Assembly (NCBI GenBank): GCA_011523185.1
Contig: WTHI01000135.1
Coordinates: forward strand, 8,564-72,563
DNA from: Methanobacteriota archaeon
Lineage (GTDB): Archaea; Thermoplasmatota; Poseidoniia; Poseidoniales; Thalassarchaeaceae
Length of the DNA stretch: 64,000 nucleotides
Direction of reading: 5' to 3'
In this document: piece by piece, positions 39,080-48,944 of the stretch
How the letters are laid out: each line of letters begins with the position of its first letter
Position numbering within the stretch: position 1 is the stretch's first letter
Notes under the pieces: generated by a model
Seen by the model: the letters and a program-made list of their open reading frames with translations, nothing else
The model's database searches: none
Told to the model about the DNA's origin: nothing
Translations under genes and position numbers: made by a program

Positions 39080-40327
39080 ATGGCGGCGAAAAAGAAGAAG
39101 CAAGTAACCTTGCATGTACCCTCCGCCCCCTTCCGGCCAGGAGACAAGGCTAGTTTCGCACCATTCGAAAACGAGCCGGGAGACCTTCCTAGACCCGATC
39201 CCGTAAACTGCACCGCATCTGAAACCACAGATCATGCATACGGGCTTGTAAGAGTACTAGATTTCGAAGGTAATGCTAGTGGACCTTGGAATCCCGACTT
39301 ATCTCCAGATGAGCTTCGTGAAGGCTTGGAACATATGGTTAGAATGCGAATATTCGATGATAGGATGATGAAAATGCAACGTACTGGTAAGTTGTCGTTT
39401 TACATGCGCTCCTATGGAGAAGAGGCTGTTGCAATCGCACAAACCATGGCATTAGAATCTCAGGATTGGATTTTCCCAACCTACAGACAGCCTGGAGCGC
39501 AATTTGTCCGAGGAAGAGACATGGTCAGCATGATCAACCACTGTATTGGCAATGAAGAAGACAACGTGAAGGGTAGGCAAATGCCTGTCCATTACACCTA
39601 CCGCGAGGGGCGTTTTATCTCGGTTTCAAGCCCGGTTGGAACCCAATTTAGTCAAGCCGTAGGTGTTGCAATGGCTTCTCAATACAAGGCCCTCGATGAA
39701 TGCTGTATTACTTGGATAGGAGACGGTTCTAGTGCTGAAGGAGATTACCATTATGCACTCAATTTCGCTTCTGTCTTCAAGCCACCAGTGATTCTCAATA
39801 TCGTAAACAATCAATGGGCTATTTCCACCCATGCTAATCTAGCAAGCGGTAACCCAACATTTGCTGCAAGAGGATTAGCCTACAATGTGCCTTCAATGAG
39901 AGTGGATGGAAATGACTTCTTAGCGCTCTATTCAGTTACTAAATGGGCAAGAGAGCGCGCGGCAGCCGGAGAGGGTGCTACGCATATTGAGGTGCTTACC
40001 TATCGTGCTGGAGCACACTCCTCCAGCGATGACCCTAGTAGATATCGCCCCGGAGACGAGCACGAGGCTTGGCCTGGTGGCGACCCAGTCGACCGATTAG
40101 TTCAACATTTGATTGCAATTGGAGAATGGTCAGAAGAGCAGCAGAATGGGTTAGAGGAGAGAATCGATTCTGAGGTTATGGCCGCTTACAAGGAAGCTGT
40201 TACTTATGGAGATCTGGCCAATGGACCATATCCTTCAGCGGATACAATCTTTACTGAAGTATACGAGGAAGTCCCTTGGCATCTTCAAGAACAATGGGAT
40301 GAAATGAAGAAATGGAGTGAGGACTGA
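39080..40327 (+). CDS. bkdA1: Branched-chain 2-oxoacid dehydrogenase E1 alpha
   Basis: GRQMPVHY, GDGSSAEGD...NNQWAIS (TPP motif), YRAGAHSSSDDPSRYR. Confidence 0.9.
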   Translation: MAAKKKKQVTLHVPSAPFRPGDKASFAPFENEPGDLPRPDPVNCTASETTDHAYGLVRVLDFEGNASGPWNPDLSPDELREGLEHMVRMRIFDDRMMKMQRTGKLSFYMRSYGEEAVAIAQTMALESQDWIFPTYRQPGAQFVRGRDMVSMINHCIGNEEDNVKGRQMPVHYTYREGRFISVSSPVGTQFSQAVGVAMASQYKALDECCITWIGDGSSAEGDYHYALNFASVFKPPVILNIVNNQWAISTHANLASGNPTFAARGLAYNVPSMRVDGNDFLALYSVTKWARERAAAGEGATHIEVLTYRAGAHSSSDDPSRYRPGDEHEAWPGGDPVDRLVQHLIAIGEWSEEQQNGLEERIDSEVMAAYKEAVTYGDLANGPYPSADTIFTEVYEEVPWHLQEQWDEMKKWSED

Positions 40328-40328
40328 A

Positions 40329-41339
40329 ATGACTGAAATGAATATTGTTCAAGCAGTTAATTCCGCTCTAGACATTATGCTGGAGAAAGACCCTGATGTG
40401 ATCTTCTTTGGCGAAGATGCAGGATACTTCGGAGGTGTGTTCCGAACCTCAGATGGTTTGCAAGAAAAACACGGCACACACCGTGTATTCGATACGCCGC
40501 TTTCCGAAGGTGGAATTGCTGCAATAGCATTTGGCATGGGAATCAATGGATTAAGGCCGGTTGCAGAAATCCAATTTGCCGATTACATTTTCCCAGCCTA
40601 TGACCAAATAGTCAATGAAATCGCCAAAGTTAGACATCGATCTGGTGGTGAGTTTTGGTGCCCGCTAACAATCAGAACCCCCGCAGGTGGTGGAATTCGC
40701 GGTGGGCATCATCACTCGCAGAGTCCAGAATCTCAATTTACCCACACTTCTGGGATAAATGTGGTATACACTTCTACACCTTACAATTCCAAGGGCCTAC
40801 TTATTTCTGCGATTGAATCCAACGACCCCGTTGTAGTATTTGAGCCCAAGCGATGTTACCGAGGGCCTTTCTATGGCGACCCACATAATGTCCCAACCTG
40901 GAAAGATCACCCAGAGGCCGAAGTCCCAGAGGCGCATTATACAGTGCCACTTGGTGAAGCAAGGCTTGCAATGGAGGGTACTGACTGCACAGTTATTTCT
41001 TGGGGCGCAATGGTCCACGTAAGCGAACAGGCAATCAAAGACAGTGGAGTTAGTTGCGACCTAATTGATTTGCAAACTTTGGTGCCTTGGGATAAAGATG
41101 CGATTGTAAAATCGATAGAAAAAACTGGACGTTGTGTTATAGTTCACGAAGCACCGAAAACTAGTGGATTTGGAGCAGAAATGGCAGCCAGTGTTCAGGA
41201 GAGATGCTTCTACCACTTGGAAGCACCAATAGAGAGAGTCACGGGATGGGACACGCCGTTCCCGCACACAACAGAATGGGATTATATGCCCAGTCCGGCG
41301 AGAATCGCCGATGCAATAAAGAAAACAATGGAGGAATGA
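40329..41339 (+). CDS. bkdA2: 2-oxoacid dehydrogenase E1 beta
   Basis: GGVFR, FDTPLSE, EIQFADY, HHHSQSPE. Confidence 0.92.
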   Translation: MTEMNIVQAVNSALDIMLEKDPDVIFFGEDAGYFGGVFRTSDGLQEKHGTHRVFDTPLSEGGIAAIAFGMGINGLRPVAEIQFADYIFPAYDQIVNEIAKVRHRSGGEFWCPLTIRTPAGGGIRGGHHHSQSPESQFTHTSGINVVYTSTPYNSKGLLISAIESNDPVVVFEPKRCYRGPFYGDPHNVPTWKDHPEAEVPEAHYTVPLGEARLAMEGTDCTVISWGAMVHVSEQAIKDSGVSCDLIDLQTLVPWDKDAIVKSIEKTGRCVIVHEAPKTSGFGAEMAASVQERCFYHLEAPIERVTGWDTPFPHTTEWDYMPSPARIADAIKKTMEE

Positions 41340-41341
41340 AA

Positions 41342-42661
41342 ATGACAAATCGCGTATTCAAACTACCAGATATCGGAGAAGGAGTAGTAGAAGGAGAAGT
41401 CGTGCAATGGCACGTATCCGTTGGAGATTCTGTCTCCGAAGATGATGCACTTGTAGATGTAATGACAGATAAGGCAACTGTGACAATACCCTCACCTCAT
41501 GATGGGACAATATCCGCTCTACATGGTGGAGTGGGTGACATGGTTGCGGTTGGTGCTACATTGGTTGAATTCGGAGAGGGTGGCGATAGCCCAGTCGAAT
41601 CGGTTGAGCAAAAAGAACCAGCTCCGGAAAAAACCGTTGAGCCAGAAGTTGAAGCCGAGCCGGAGCCAGAAAAAACACCTCCACCTGTGGCCACTGAACC
41701 GGTTGCACCTCCACCTGTGCCAGCAATTTCAACACCCGCTCCATTACCAGCGGTTTCCAAACCAACTGAAAGCAGTGGTGGGTCTGGAGGTAAAGCGCTT
41801 GCCAGTCCCGCTGTTCGCAGGCGTGCACGCGAGGCAGGTGTCGATCTAGCATCAGTTCGCGGTAGCGGACCAGCGGGTCGAATTCGTCACGCAGACCTTG
41901 ATGCATTCATCGCTGCTGGAGGTATGGTACAAGGCGCGGCTCCAGTCGCTTACACTACTCGAAGAAGTGATGTTGAGGAAATTAAGGTAGTTGGATTGAG
42001 AAGAAAGATTGCCGAAGCAATGACCATCTCCAAGCGCCATATTCCACATTTCTCTTACTTTGAGGAAATCGATGTTACAGAATTGGAGGAGTTACGACAA
42101 TTCCTTAATGCAACAAAATCCCCAGAACAGCCGAAATTGACCTATCTTCCATTCATTATGATGGCTCTAGCGAAAATAATGCCAAATCATCCTGAATGCA
42201 ATGGACATTATGACGAAGCAAATGGAATTGCTCGCAGGTATGGCGCTGTTAACTTAGGAATCGCAACCCAAACCGATAGAGGACTATTCGTCCCTGTGGT
42301 AAAACACGCTGAAGCGATGGATGTTTGGCAGGCAGCCGCAGAAATGCAAAGAGTATCTGGGGCGGCCAGAGATGGAACTGCTTCGCTTGACGACCTAACT
42401 GGCTCTACCTTCACAATTACTAGCCTCGGAAGAGATGGGGGACTTGGAGCGACTCCGATAATCAACCACCCAGAGGTAGCCATACTAGGCGTTCACAAAG
42501 CACGTGAAATGCCTGTTGTTAGAAAAGGCGAAATTGTGGTTCGCAGAATTATGAATGTATCTAGCTCATTTGATCATAGAATCGTCGATGGGGCTGATGG
42601 AGCAGCCCTAGTGCAGTCACTCAAGCGGATGCTTGAACATCCTGCACTAATCTTCATGTGA
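41342..42661 (+). CDS. bkdB: Dihydrolipoamide acyltransferase (E2)
   Basis: Lipoyl domain MTDKA, Pro-rich linker, ASPAVRRRARE E3-binding domain, FDHRIVDG. Confidence 0.92.
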   Translation: MTNRVFKLPDIGEGVVEGEVVQWHVSVGDSVSEDDALVDVMTDKATVTIPSPHDGTISALHGGVGDMVAVGATLVEFGEGGDSPVESVEQKEPAPEKTVEPEVEAEPEPEKTPPPVATEPVAPPPVPAISTPAPLPAVSKPTESSGGSGGKALASPAVRRRAREAGVDLASVRGSGPAGRIRHADLDAFIAAGGMVQGAAPVAYTTRRSDVEEIKVVGLRRKIAEAMTISKRHIPHFSYFEEIDVTELEELRQFLNATKSPEQPKLTYLPFIMMALAKIMPNHPECNGHYDEANGIARRYGAVNLGIATQTDRGLFVPVVKHAEAMDVWQAAAEMQRVSGAARDGTASLDDLTGSTFTITSLGRDGGLGATPIINHPEVAILGVHKAREMPVVRKGEIVVRRIMNVSSSFDHRIVDGADGAALVQSLKRMLEHPALIFM

Positions 42662-42670
42662 GGGGGGAAA

Positions 42671-44107
42671 ATGACTGAAACTCGCAAATGTAAGGTGCTC
42701 GTAGTAGGAGCAGGACCTGGAGGATATGTTGCCGCAATTCGCAGTGCCCAACTGGGCTTAGACACGGTTATTGTTGAAGGAGATAAAGCAGGTGGAACCT
42801 GTTTGATTAGGGGCTGTATTCCAAGCAAAGCAATTATCCACGCTGCTGAGAGATTCGAATCCCTACAGCAACACGCAAGTGAAGGAGGCCATATGGGGCT
42901 ATCTCTGGCCTCAGAGCCTGAAATTGACATGGCTGCTTTGGTCGGTTGGAAAGATGCCATAGTAGAACGATTGAACAAAGGTGTAGAGGCACTTTTGAAA
43001 GGCGCTGGGGCAGAATTAGTGAAGGGTTGGGCGACCTTTACGGGACCAAAGAAATGCACTGTAGAAACTTCTGACGGGGCTCTTGAAATTGAGGCTGAAA
43101 ACGTAATTATCGCAACCGGTTCAAGTCATATCGACTTACCATTCATGCCCTGTGACGAGGAATTTGTACTATCTTCTACCGGTGCTTTGGATCTACAAAA
43201 ATTACCAAAATCTGCCGCTATTGTAGGCGGTGGTTACATTGGACTAGAATTGGGTTGTGCTCTAGCGAAATTGGGGACAGATGTTACCGTTGTAGAAGGA
43301 ATGGATTCAATTCTTGGAATAATGGACAAAGAAATTCGAAGACCGCTCGAAATTTGGTTGAAAAAACATAAGGTTGCAGTTCATACAAATGCTCTGGCAC
43401 GTGGTACTGAAATCAAAGGCAAAGGAGCAAGTCGCAAGGCGCATTTGACCTTTGAGAAGGATGGAGAAGAGCAGACAATCAAAGTCGATAAGGTGCTAGT
43501 AACTGTTGGTAGAAGTCCGAATACCAAAGGATGGGGATTGGAAAATACGGGTGTCAGGATGGACACAGGAGGGCGATTCATTCGTATCGACCGACAATGT
43601 AGAACCAATGTACCAGGTGTTTACGCCATAGGCGATGTAGCGGGTGAACCTATGTTGGCCCACAAGGCCTCTTCTCAAGGCGAAATGGTGGCTGAAATTC
43701 TAGCAGGACATAACAGAGATTTCGATAAGGTGGCGATTCCAGCAATCGTCTTTACCGAGCCTGAAATCGTCTCTGTTGGATTGTCTCCTGATGAAGCCAA
43801 GGAAAGAGGAGAAGAAATCATAACAGGAAAATTCCCTCTAGCAGCAAACGGTCGAGCACTAACATTGGAAGCTGAGAAAACAGCTGGATTCATTCGAGTT
43901 ACCGCTCGTGAATCCGACCATGTCATTCTTGGTATTCAGGCCGTTGGAAGCCACGTTGCTGAATTACATGGTGAATTCGTTCTAGCGCTAGAAATGGGGG
44001 CTTTATTGGAAGATATCGCTGATACTGTTCATGCACATCCGACAATGACTGAGGCCTTCCACGAAGGAGTATTGAAGACCCTAGGTCACGCTATCCACTC
44101 TGCATGA
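42671..44107 (+). CDS. lpdA: Dihydrolipoamide dehydrogenase (E3)
   Basis: GAGPGGY, GGTCLIRGCIPSK, HAHPTMTE. Confidence 0.96.
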   Translation: MTETRKCKVLVVGAGPGGYVAAIRSAQLGLDTVIVEGDKAGGTCLIRGCIPSKAIIHAAERFESLQQHASEGGHMGLSLASEPEIDMAALVGWKDAIVERLNKGVEALLKGAGAELVKGWATFTGPKKCTVETSDGALEIEAENVIIATGSSHIDLPFMPCDEEFVLSSTGALDLQKLPKSAAIVGGGYIGLELGCALAKLGTDVTVVEGMDSILGIMDKEIRRPLEIWLKKHKVAVHTNALARGTEIKGKGASRKAHLTFEKDGEEQTIKVDKVLVTVGRSPNTKGWGLENTGVRMDTGGRFIRIDRQCRTNVPGVYAIGDVAGEPMLAHKASSQGEMVAEILAGHNRDFDKVAIPAIVFTEPEIVSVGLSPDEAKERGEEIITGKFPLAANGRALTLEAEKTAGFIRVTARESDHVILGIQAVGSHVAELHGEFVLALEMGALLEDIADTVHAHPTMTEAFHEGVLKTLGHAIHSA

Positions 44108-44814
44108 TTCAAAATGGAGGGTCGTTTTTGCTAAAATTGCAAATCCTGAGAGCCGAAATTGAATCACATGAAGCAGTCGATGCGGCCATGTCGAAGCTAC
44201 AAGAAAAACGAATCCTAGATGAGATTCCGGATACCTTGATTCTAGTACAGCATCCAGAGGTGGTAACACTTGGCCCGAAGGCGGAAAGAGATGGAGCCTT
44301 GGAGGATCCCGCGCTATCGGATTATCCAACGAGAGTCGTAGATAGAGGAGGAGGTATGACTTATCATGGACCTGGTCAATTGGTTGTTTATCCAATAATC
44401 AAGTGGCAAGTTGGGGAACAGTCCGTTCGAAAGATAATCAATCGACTTGAGGATTGGGTCATGGCGGCTCTTGCTGATTGTGGGATAGAAGGATATCGCG
44501 ATGAAAGGATGATGGGTGTTTGGTTGGAAGGATACAAAGTGTGTTCCATTGGACTGGCATTCAAGCATTGGGTAAGCCGCCATGGTCTCGCTCTAAATTA
44601 CAATACGAATCCTAACCGAGTAGAGGCCCTTTCTTGTTGCGGGCTTCCTGCTGGCATGACCACTTCCCTGCAAGCCCTCGGCCACACCCATGACCTTGAA
44701 GGGAGATTTCTAGAGCGTGCACGGTTGGAAGAAGCATTGCTAGTTCTTGCCGAACAATTTCTCGATAGGGTGCCAATGCAACCCGAAGATTGGACTGTGG
44801 AGTTGGTTGTATGA
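44104..44814 (+). CDS. lipB: Octanoyltransferase
   Basis: QHPEVVTLG, DRGGGMTYHGPGQLVVYP, KVCSIG, HGLALN, CCGL. Confidence 0.92.
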   Translation: MIQNGGSFLLKLQILRAEIESHEAVDAAMSKLQEKRILDEIPDTLILVQHPEVVTLGPKAERDGALEDPALSDYPTRVVDRGGGMTYHGPGQLVVYPIIKWQVGEQSVRKIINRLEDWVMAALADCGIEGYRDERMMGVWLEGYKVCSIGLAFKHWVSRHGLALNYNTNPNRVEALSCCGLPAGMTTSLQALGHTHDLEGRFLERARLEEALLVLAEQFLDRVPMQPEDWTVELVV

Positions 44815-45995
44815 GACCAAATAGAAGCCATTTGGAGAAATATTGGTCTCTGGACCCTGATGTGACTTTCCTAAACCACGGTTCCTTCGGCGCTACTCCA
44901 AATATGGTGTTGGAAGAACAAAATCGATTGAGATTACATCTAGAATCAGATCCTGTTCGGTTCTTCGAAAGAGAGGCTTTCGAAAATATGAATTTTGCAA
45001 GCCGTAAACTCTCAAAATTTCTCAATGCAGATCCCGATGGCATGACCTTTTGTCAAAATGCCACCAGTGGGGTAAATACTGTGCTTCGAAGTTTGGTTCT
45101 AAACCGAGGAGACGAAATAATCATTCCAAATCATTCGTATCAAGCATGTTGGAATGCAATCGATTTCGTAGCATCCAGATGGGGCGCTAAGGTTGTGGTA
45201 GTAGAATTGCCATTTAGATGCGATTCAGAAGAAGAAATCATTGAACCCTTGTTGGCTGCAATTTCACCTAAAACAGTTCTAGCAATGATTGACACAGTAA
45301 CAAGCCCCACGGGACTTAGAATGCCATTCGAGAAACTTATCGATGAATTTCAATCGAGGGGAGTCGATGTTTTGCTTGATGCAGCACACGGCCCAGGCAT
45401 AGTTCCAATGGATTTGGCTAAATTAGATGTGGCTTGGGTGACTGGAAACTGTCACAAATGGCTCTGTAGCCCGAAAGGGTCCGCATTCCTACACATTAGA
45501 GAAGACAAGAAAAAGGAAACTAAACCACTAACAATCAGTCATGGACATAGTGCAGATTTATCCGCTCAAGAAAAATTCAGATTCGAATTTGATTGGCAAG
45601 GAACTAGAGACCCTACCGCAATTCTGTGTATTCCTAAATCCATTGAGAGTCTCGAATCAATGGTTTCAGGAGGATTTGATGAAATTATGGAGCGTAACAA
45701 TTCTCTCGCTTTGAAAGCAAGAAACCTTCTTTGCGAGAGTTTGGGCACCGACCCTCCAACTCCAGATTCGATGATATCTGCAATGGCTACAATCGACCTA
45801 CCAGGGACATATTCAGGAGGTGCAGACATTATGGGAGACCCACTTCACAACAAACTGCTCGATGAATTCGGCATCCAAGTTCCAGTGTTCCCTTGGCCAC
45901 ACCACGAAATGAGATATTTCCGAATTTCTGCTTATCTTTACAATGCTATTGAAGAGTATGAATACCTAGCAGAAATTTTGCAAGAAAATCTCTAA
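44811..45995 (+). CDS. PLP-dependent class V enzyme (isopenicillin-N epimerase / C-S lyase-like)
   Basis: LNHGSFGA, NATSG, DAAHGPG, GNCHKW, WQGTRD. Confidence 0.85.
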   Translation: MRPNRSHLEKYWSLDPDVTFLNHGSFGATPNMVLEEQNRLRLHLESDPVRFFEREAFENMNFASRKLSKFLNADPDGMTFCQNATSGVNTVLRSLVLNRGDEIIIPNHSYQACWNAIDFVASRWGAKVVVVELPFRCDSEEEIIEPLLAAISPKTVLAMIDTVTSPTGLRMPFEKLIDEFQSRGVDVLLDAAHGPGIVPMDLAKLDVAWVTGNCHKWLCSPKGSAFLHIREDKKKETKPLTISHGHSADLSAQEKFRFEFDWQGTRDPTAILCIPKSIESLESMVSGGFDEIMERNNSLALKARNLLCESLGTDPPTPDSMISAMATIDLPGTYSGGADIMGDPLHNKLLDEFGIQVPVFPWPHHEMRYFRISAYLYNAIEEYEYLAEILQENL

Positions 45996-46075
45996 ATTAC
46001 TATTTTCATTAATACATGAATAGAAGTAGTTGATAATTGACCGACCAAATGCTCGAGGAGACAAATGAGGGTGAA

Positions 46076-46654
46076 ATGATGGGTGAAGCAGTTGTTGCAA
46101 TTACCGGCGCATCGGGAGCACGATATGGAGTTAGACTATTGGAAGCTCTTAGCGAAGCAGGTTGGAAAACCCACCTGATTGTGACTCGCGAAGGGGCATT
46201 GAATCTAGAATTAGAATGTGGCAAATCTCCAGAAGATCTGGCCAATGATTCTGTGATTTTGGAAAATAACAACAATCTTGCTGCCAAATCAGCATCAGGA
46301 TCTGCCCGTTTTGATGCATACATTGTCTGCCCCGCAAGTGGAACGACAATTGGAAAAATAGCAAATGGGATTTCAGACAATCTAGCAACCAGAAGTGCAT
46401 TGGTTGCGATGAAAGAGAGGCGAAAACTCATCCTAGTACCTAGGGAAGCACCCTATGCAACACCTCATCTAAGAGCAATGGCGAATCTTTCTGAATGGGG
46501 TGTGGTAATTCTTCCTGCAAGCCCCGGATTTTACAATAAACCTCAGACACTTGAGGATATGGTCGACTTCATCGTGGCTAGAATCCTTGATCAATTAAAT
46601 ATCGATCATGAAATTGGAAAACGCTGGACTGGAGATGAAATCGGCTCTCAGTGA
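46076..46654 (+). CDS. ubiX: Flavin prenyltransferase
   Basis: AITGASG, ASGS, KERRKLILVPREAP, PASPGFYNKP. Confidence 0.92.
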   Translation: MMGEAVVAITGASGARYGVRLLEALSEAGWKTHLIVTREGALNLELECGKSPEDLANDSVILENNNNLAAKSASGSARFDAYIVCPASGTTIGKIANGISDNLATRSALVAMKERRKLILVPREAPYATPHLRAMANLSEWGVVILPASPGFYNKPQTLEDMVDFIVARILDQLNIDHEIGKRWTGDEIGSQ

Positions 46655-46726
46655 ACCGATTCATATTATGCTCCAGTACAGGTTGGGTTCAAGAGTGAGG
46701 CATCAGCCGTGAATTTTCGGTATCCT

Positions 46727-48442
46727 ATGACGAACTGGGAGTCACTTACCGTAGCACAACTGAAAGAGGAGTGCAAAAGCCGTGGGCTTTCGGTTGGGGG
46801 AAAGAAGGCCGATTTAGTGGCTAGACTAGAGGAACACGCCATCCCAATTGATGTCCTTGATGCAGAAATAGCCGACAATTCAAGGCCCCCTACTGCACGA
46901 AGTATTGTAAGTCGAGTGAAACAACTGCCTGTATCGGTTTTGGCTGTGATTGGAATCATGCTAATTGGTACTATGGGAGGAGCATTACTCTACGGCGATG
47001 ATGTAATCAAATGGATTCAGGGAGAACCAGATTACCAATTAATCGAATTTGATCCAACGAGTGCTAGAGGATATGCGCAGAGTCTGGTAGATCTAGGACA
47101 TCCAGAATGGGAGGGTAGAATGTCAGGAACTATCGAGGAACACAACACTGCGGATTTCATCAAAGCCAATTTTACCTCGATGGGGATTCCATCAACCATT
47201 GAGGATTTTGATGTTCCAATGTTCGTCATTGATGATGAACCGGAATTGGGAATTTGTCATGCAGGAGATGTAGGCCAAACCCTCCCTGCTTTTGCTTGTG
47301 GTGCCACTGATGTAAATGCTGATTTCATCAACTTTGAACACAGAAGTGATTTTGTTTTGCAAGGATATTCCGGCTCTTCCTTCATTCGATATGTCGATGA
47401 TATAGATGTGGTAGACTTAGGTACAGGAAACGAAAGTGCGGATTGGAACACCGGAGCGGGTTCTGTTGTCCTGATACACATGACTGAAGAAACCGAATCC
47501 AATACCGTCCTATTCAAGAGAGCATCAGAAAACGATGTTGAAGGATTAATCCTGATTAATGAAAGACAGAATTGTGACGAATTGGTTTCTGGAGATTGTA
47601 TTCCTTACTTCAAATCGGTCGATATCTCTGCGATTGACAATATACCCATAGACATGGGATTCATAATGGTCAGCCAAAGTGTTGGTCAGACAATAATTGA
47701 TGATGTGATCAATCAGGATGGCAGATTACAATTTATGACCTATGTTGAGAATGCAGGTGAAGCTACTGTCAAAGTTCCTTGTGGAATTATTCAAGGAGAG
47801 TCTGATTCTTTGATTATAATCGGCGCACACCACGATACTGTATACATGGCTCAAGGTGCTGTAGACGATTCTTCAGGGACCGCAACTGTTCTAGAAATGG
47901 CTCGCCAATTCGGATTAATTGAAAGTCAAATGGGCACCCCAAAACACACCATTTACTTCTGTACTTGGGGAGGGGAGGAAGAAGGATTGTTTGGATCTAC
48001 AGCATGGGTAGATAAACATCGAAATAACCTCTATGAGAATCTTCGCCTATACATCAATTTAGACATGAATCACGTCGATGCCGAAAGAAATTCAGGTGTC
48101 ACTTTGTTTGGAAACCATAACACAGACGTTAGCCATATCAGAGGTATATCAGAGAAATTCAAACAACAATATCCTGACCTTGCAGACCGATACAATATCC
48201 AAGTTCGCAAACTTGACGATACGGACATGCCATACAACTCTGATCACGCTCCATTCGTATACAATATCGATGAAGATGAATCGGATGGAAAACAATACGG
48301 CAGGGCTGTAGTTTGCTATGGCTCGGGGTCCACTGAATATCACACATATCTCGATACTATGGACAGATTCAATGAAGAAAGCCTAGCAGTCTCTGGAATA
48401 ATCTACGGATCATTGGTGTACTACCTCGCCTACGGCGATTGA
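46727..48442 (+). CDS. SAP domain + TM + PA domain + M28 metallopeptidase
   Basis: LTVAQLKEECKSRGLSVGGKKADLVARL (SAP); GAHHD, GAVDDSSG, GEEEGLFGS, NLDM, SDHAPF, YHT..D. Confidence 0.88.
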   Translation: MTNWESLTVAQLKEECKSRGLSVGGKKADLVARLEEHAIPIDVLDAEIADNSRPPTARSIVSRVKQLPVSVLAVIGIMLIGTMGGALLYGDDVIKWIQGEPDYQLIEFDPTSARGYAQSLVDLGHPEWEGRMSGTIEEHNTADFIKANFTSMGIPSTIEDFDVPMFVIDDEPELGICHAGDVGQTLPAFACGATDVNADFINFEHRSDFVLQGYSGSSFIRYVDDIDVVDLGTGNESADWNTGAGSVVLIHMTEETESNTVLFKRASENDVEGLILINERQNCDELVSGDCIPYFKSVDISAIDNIPIDMGFIMVSQSVGQTIIDDVINQDGRLQFMTYVENAGEATVKVPCGIIQGESDSLIIIGAHHDTVYMAQGAVDDSSGTATVLEMARQFGLIESQMGTPKHTIYFCTWGGEEEGLFGSTAWVDKHRNNLYENLRLYINLDMNHVDAERNSGVTLFGNHNTDVSHIRGISEKFKQQYPDLADRYNIQVRKLDDTDMPYNSDHAPFVYNIDEDESDGKQYGRAVVCYGSGSTEYHTYLDTMDRFNEESLAVSGIIYGSLVYYLAYGD

Positions 48443-48445
48443 CTT

Positions 48446-48904
48446 TCAAGATTCTAAGTGCTCAAGAATCGCTTCATAATCTGGTTCTATGCCAGGATTT
48501 TCCGCGACCCATGCATATGATATTTTTCCGGCCTCATCGATAACAAATACCGACCTTTGGGAAGCGGTGTATTCAGGCATTACAAAAGGAATCTCGACCC
48601 CATAGGCACGAGTTGCCTGACGATTTGTATCAGATAGTAATGGGAAGTTTATTTCATTGGCATCAGCAAAGGCAGCATTAGCAAAAATACCATCTACAGA
48701 AATTCCGAAAACTTCCGCCTCTGCGGCTTCCATACGATTCATAGAATCAGAAACTGTACACATTTCTTTTGTACAGACGCCAGTAAATGCGGCTGGATAA
48801 AACAGTAAAACTACCCGGTTACCAATAGAGTCGGAAAGTCTAACCATATTTTTGTCAAATGCCATCAATTCGAAGTCCGGTGCCATGTCGCCTACGGATA
48901 CCAT
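48446..48904 (-). CDS. Peroxiredoxin (AhpC/TSA, BCP/AhpE-like)
   Basis: FYPAAFTGVCTKEMC, GISVD, FPLLSD, RSVFVID. Confidence 0.92.
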   Translation of the reverse strand: MVSVGDMAPDFELMAFDKNMVRLSDSIGNRVVLLFYPAAFTGVCTKEMCTVSDSMNRMEAAEAEVFGISVDGIFANAAFADANEINFPLLSDTNRQATRAYGVEIPFVMPEYTASQRSVFVIDEAGKISYAWVAENPGIEPDYEAILEHLES

Positions 48905-48944
48905 GAGTTGGGGAGGCAATATCGATTTTCAAGGTCGCGGGGCT

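Noticed and set aside
36699-46000. Active genomic island or prophage at tRNA-Leu
   Set aside because: No integrase, no tRNA 3' direct repeat seen, and the cargo is housekeeping metabolism.
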